Assembly: GCA_046497275.1 (NCBI GenBank)
Contig: JAWOFX010000017.1
Location: forward strand, 1-15,220
Source: Promethearchaeia archaeon
GTDB lineage: Archaea > Asgardarchaeota > Lokiarchaeia > Sigyniarchaeales > SOKP01
DNA length: 15,220 bases
Direction of reading: 5' to 3'
The first letter of the stretch is position 1, and the number at the start of each line of letters is the position of its first letter. A program made the position numbers and the translations under genes. Below the pieces are notes generated by a model that searched no databases, was not told where the DNA came from, and saw only the letters and a program-made list of their open reading frames with translations. Below are positions 14,992 to 15,220 of this stretch, piece by piece.

Positions 14992-15220
14992 AATTAAAAA
15001 TAATTAGTAATTTTTGTTTCAGTTTGATTTCAAATAATTGTAATCTCTATTAATAATTTGATTTTATAAATAATCAATTCCTATTGGCTTCTCAAAATTC
15101 TGGAAAATCGCTAAAACAATGAAAAATTCTCGAACTTTGATTCATATATTTCTAAATAGATGTGATATTTAGATAATGGTCTCGTATGTATATTTTATCT
15201 TGAAACTATGGTTTCACGAA

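Noticed and set aside
15119-15220. Short plus-strand ORFs near the window end (MKNSRTLIHIFLNRCDI*, MVSYVYF..., MVSR...)
   Set aside because: Too short or cut off by the window edge. One might be the start of the next gene, but that cannot be supported here.
1-15220. tRNA, rRNA, CRISPR array, IS or integrase
   Set aside because: I found no cloverleaf-like GC-rich segments, regularly spaced direct repeats, terminal inverted repeats with target duplications, or transposase/recombinase motifs. The intergenic gaps are short and AT-rich.

Overview
An AT-rich, gene-dense window that looks like archaeal core/metabolic chromosome. Support for archaeal origin: DUF211- and DUF2299-like genes, TATA-like boxes about 25-30 nt before several start codons, and oligo-T terminators. 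The overall style suggests Asgard/Lokiarchaeia, but that is inference only. There are 13 supportable CDSs: class III PLP aminotransferase, NDP-forming acyl-CoA synthetase alpha-type subunit, Cys-rich polyferredoxin-like protein, cytoplasmic GH3 glycosidase, DUF6206-like protein, D-2-hydroxyacid dehydrogenase, 2H phosphodiesterase (ThpR), HAD phosphatase, DUF211, a 117-aa unknown, DUF2299-like, Ap4A-phosphorylase-like HIT protein and a P2A Ca2+-type ATPase. I saw no rRNA, tRNA, CRISPR array, transposase or integrase. The main observations are: (1) the DUF6206-like protein carries a complete, correctly spaced protein-kinase-like catalytic motif set and sits next to a hydroxyacid dehydrogenase and a phosphatase; (2) the aminotransferase has replaced three canonical substrate-recognition residues; (3) a frameshifted remnant resembling an M28 peptidase C-terminus, missed by the ORF track, lies at 12024-12171.
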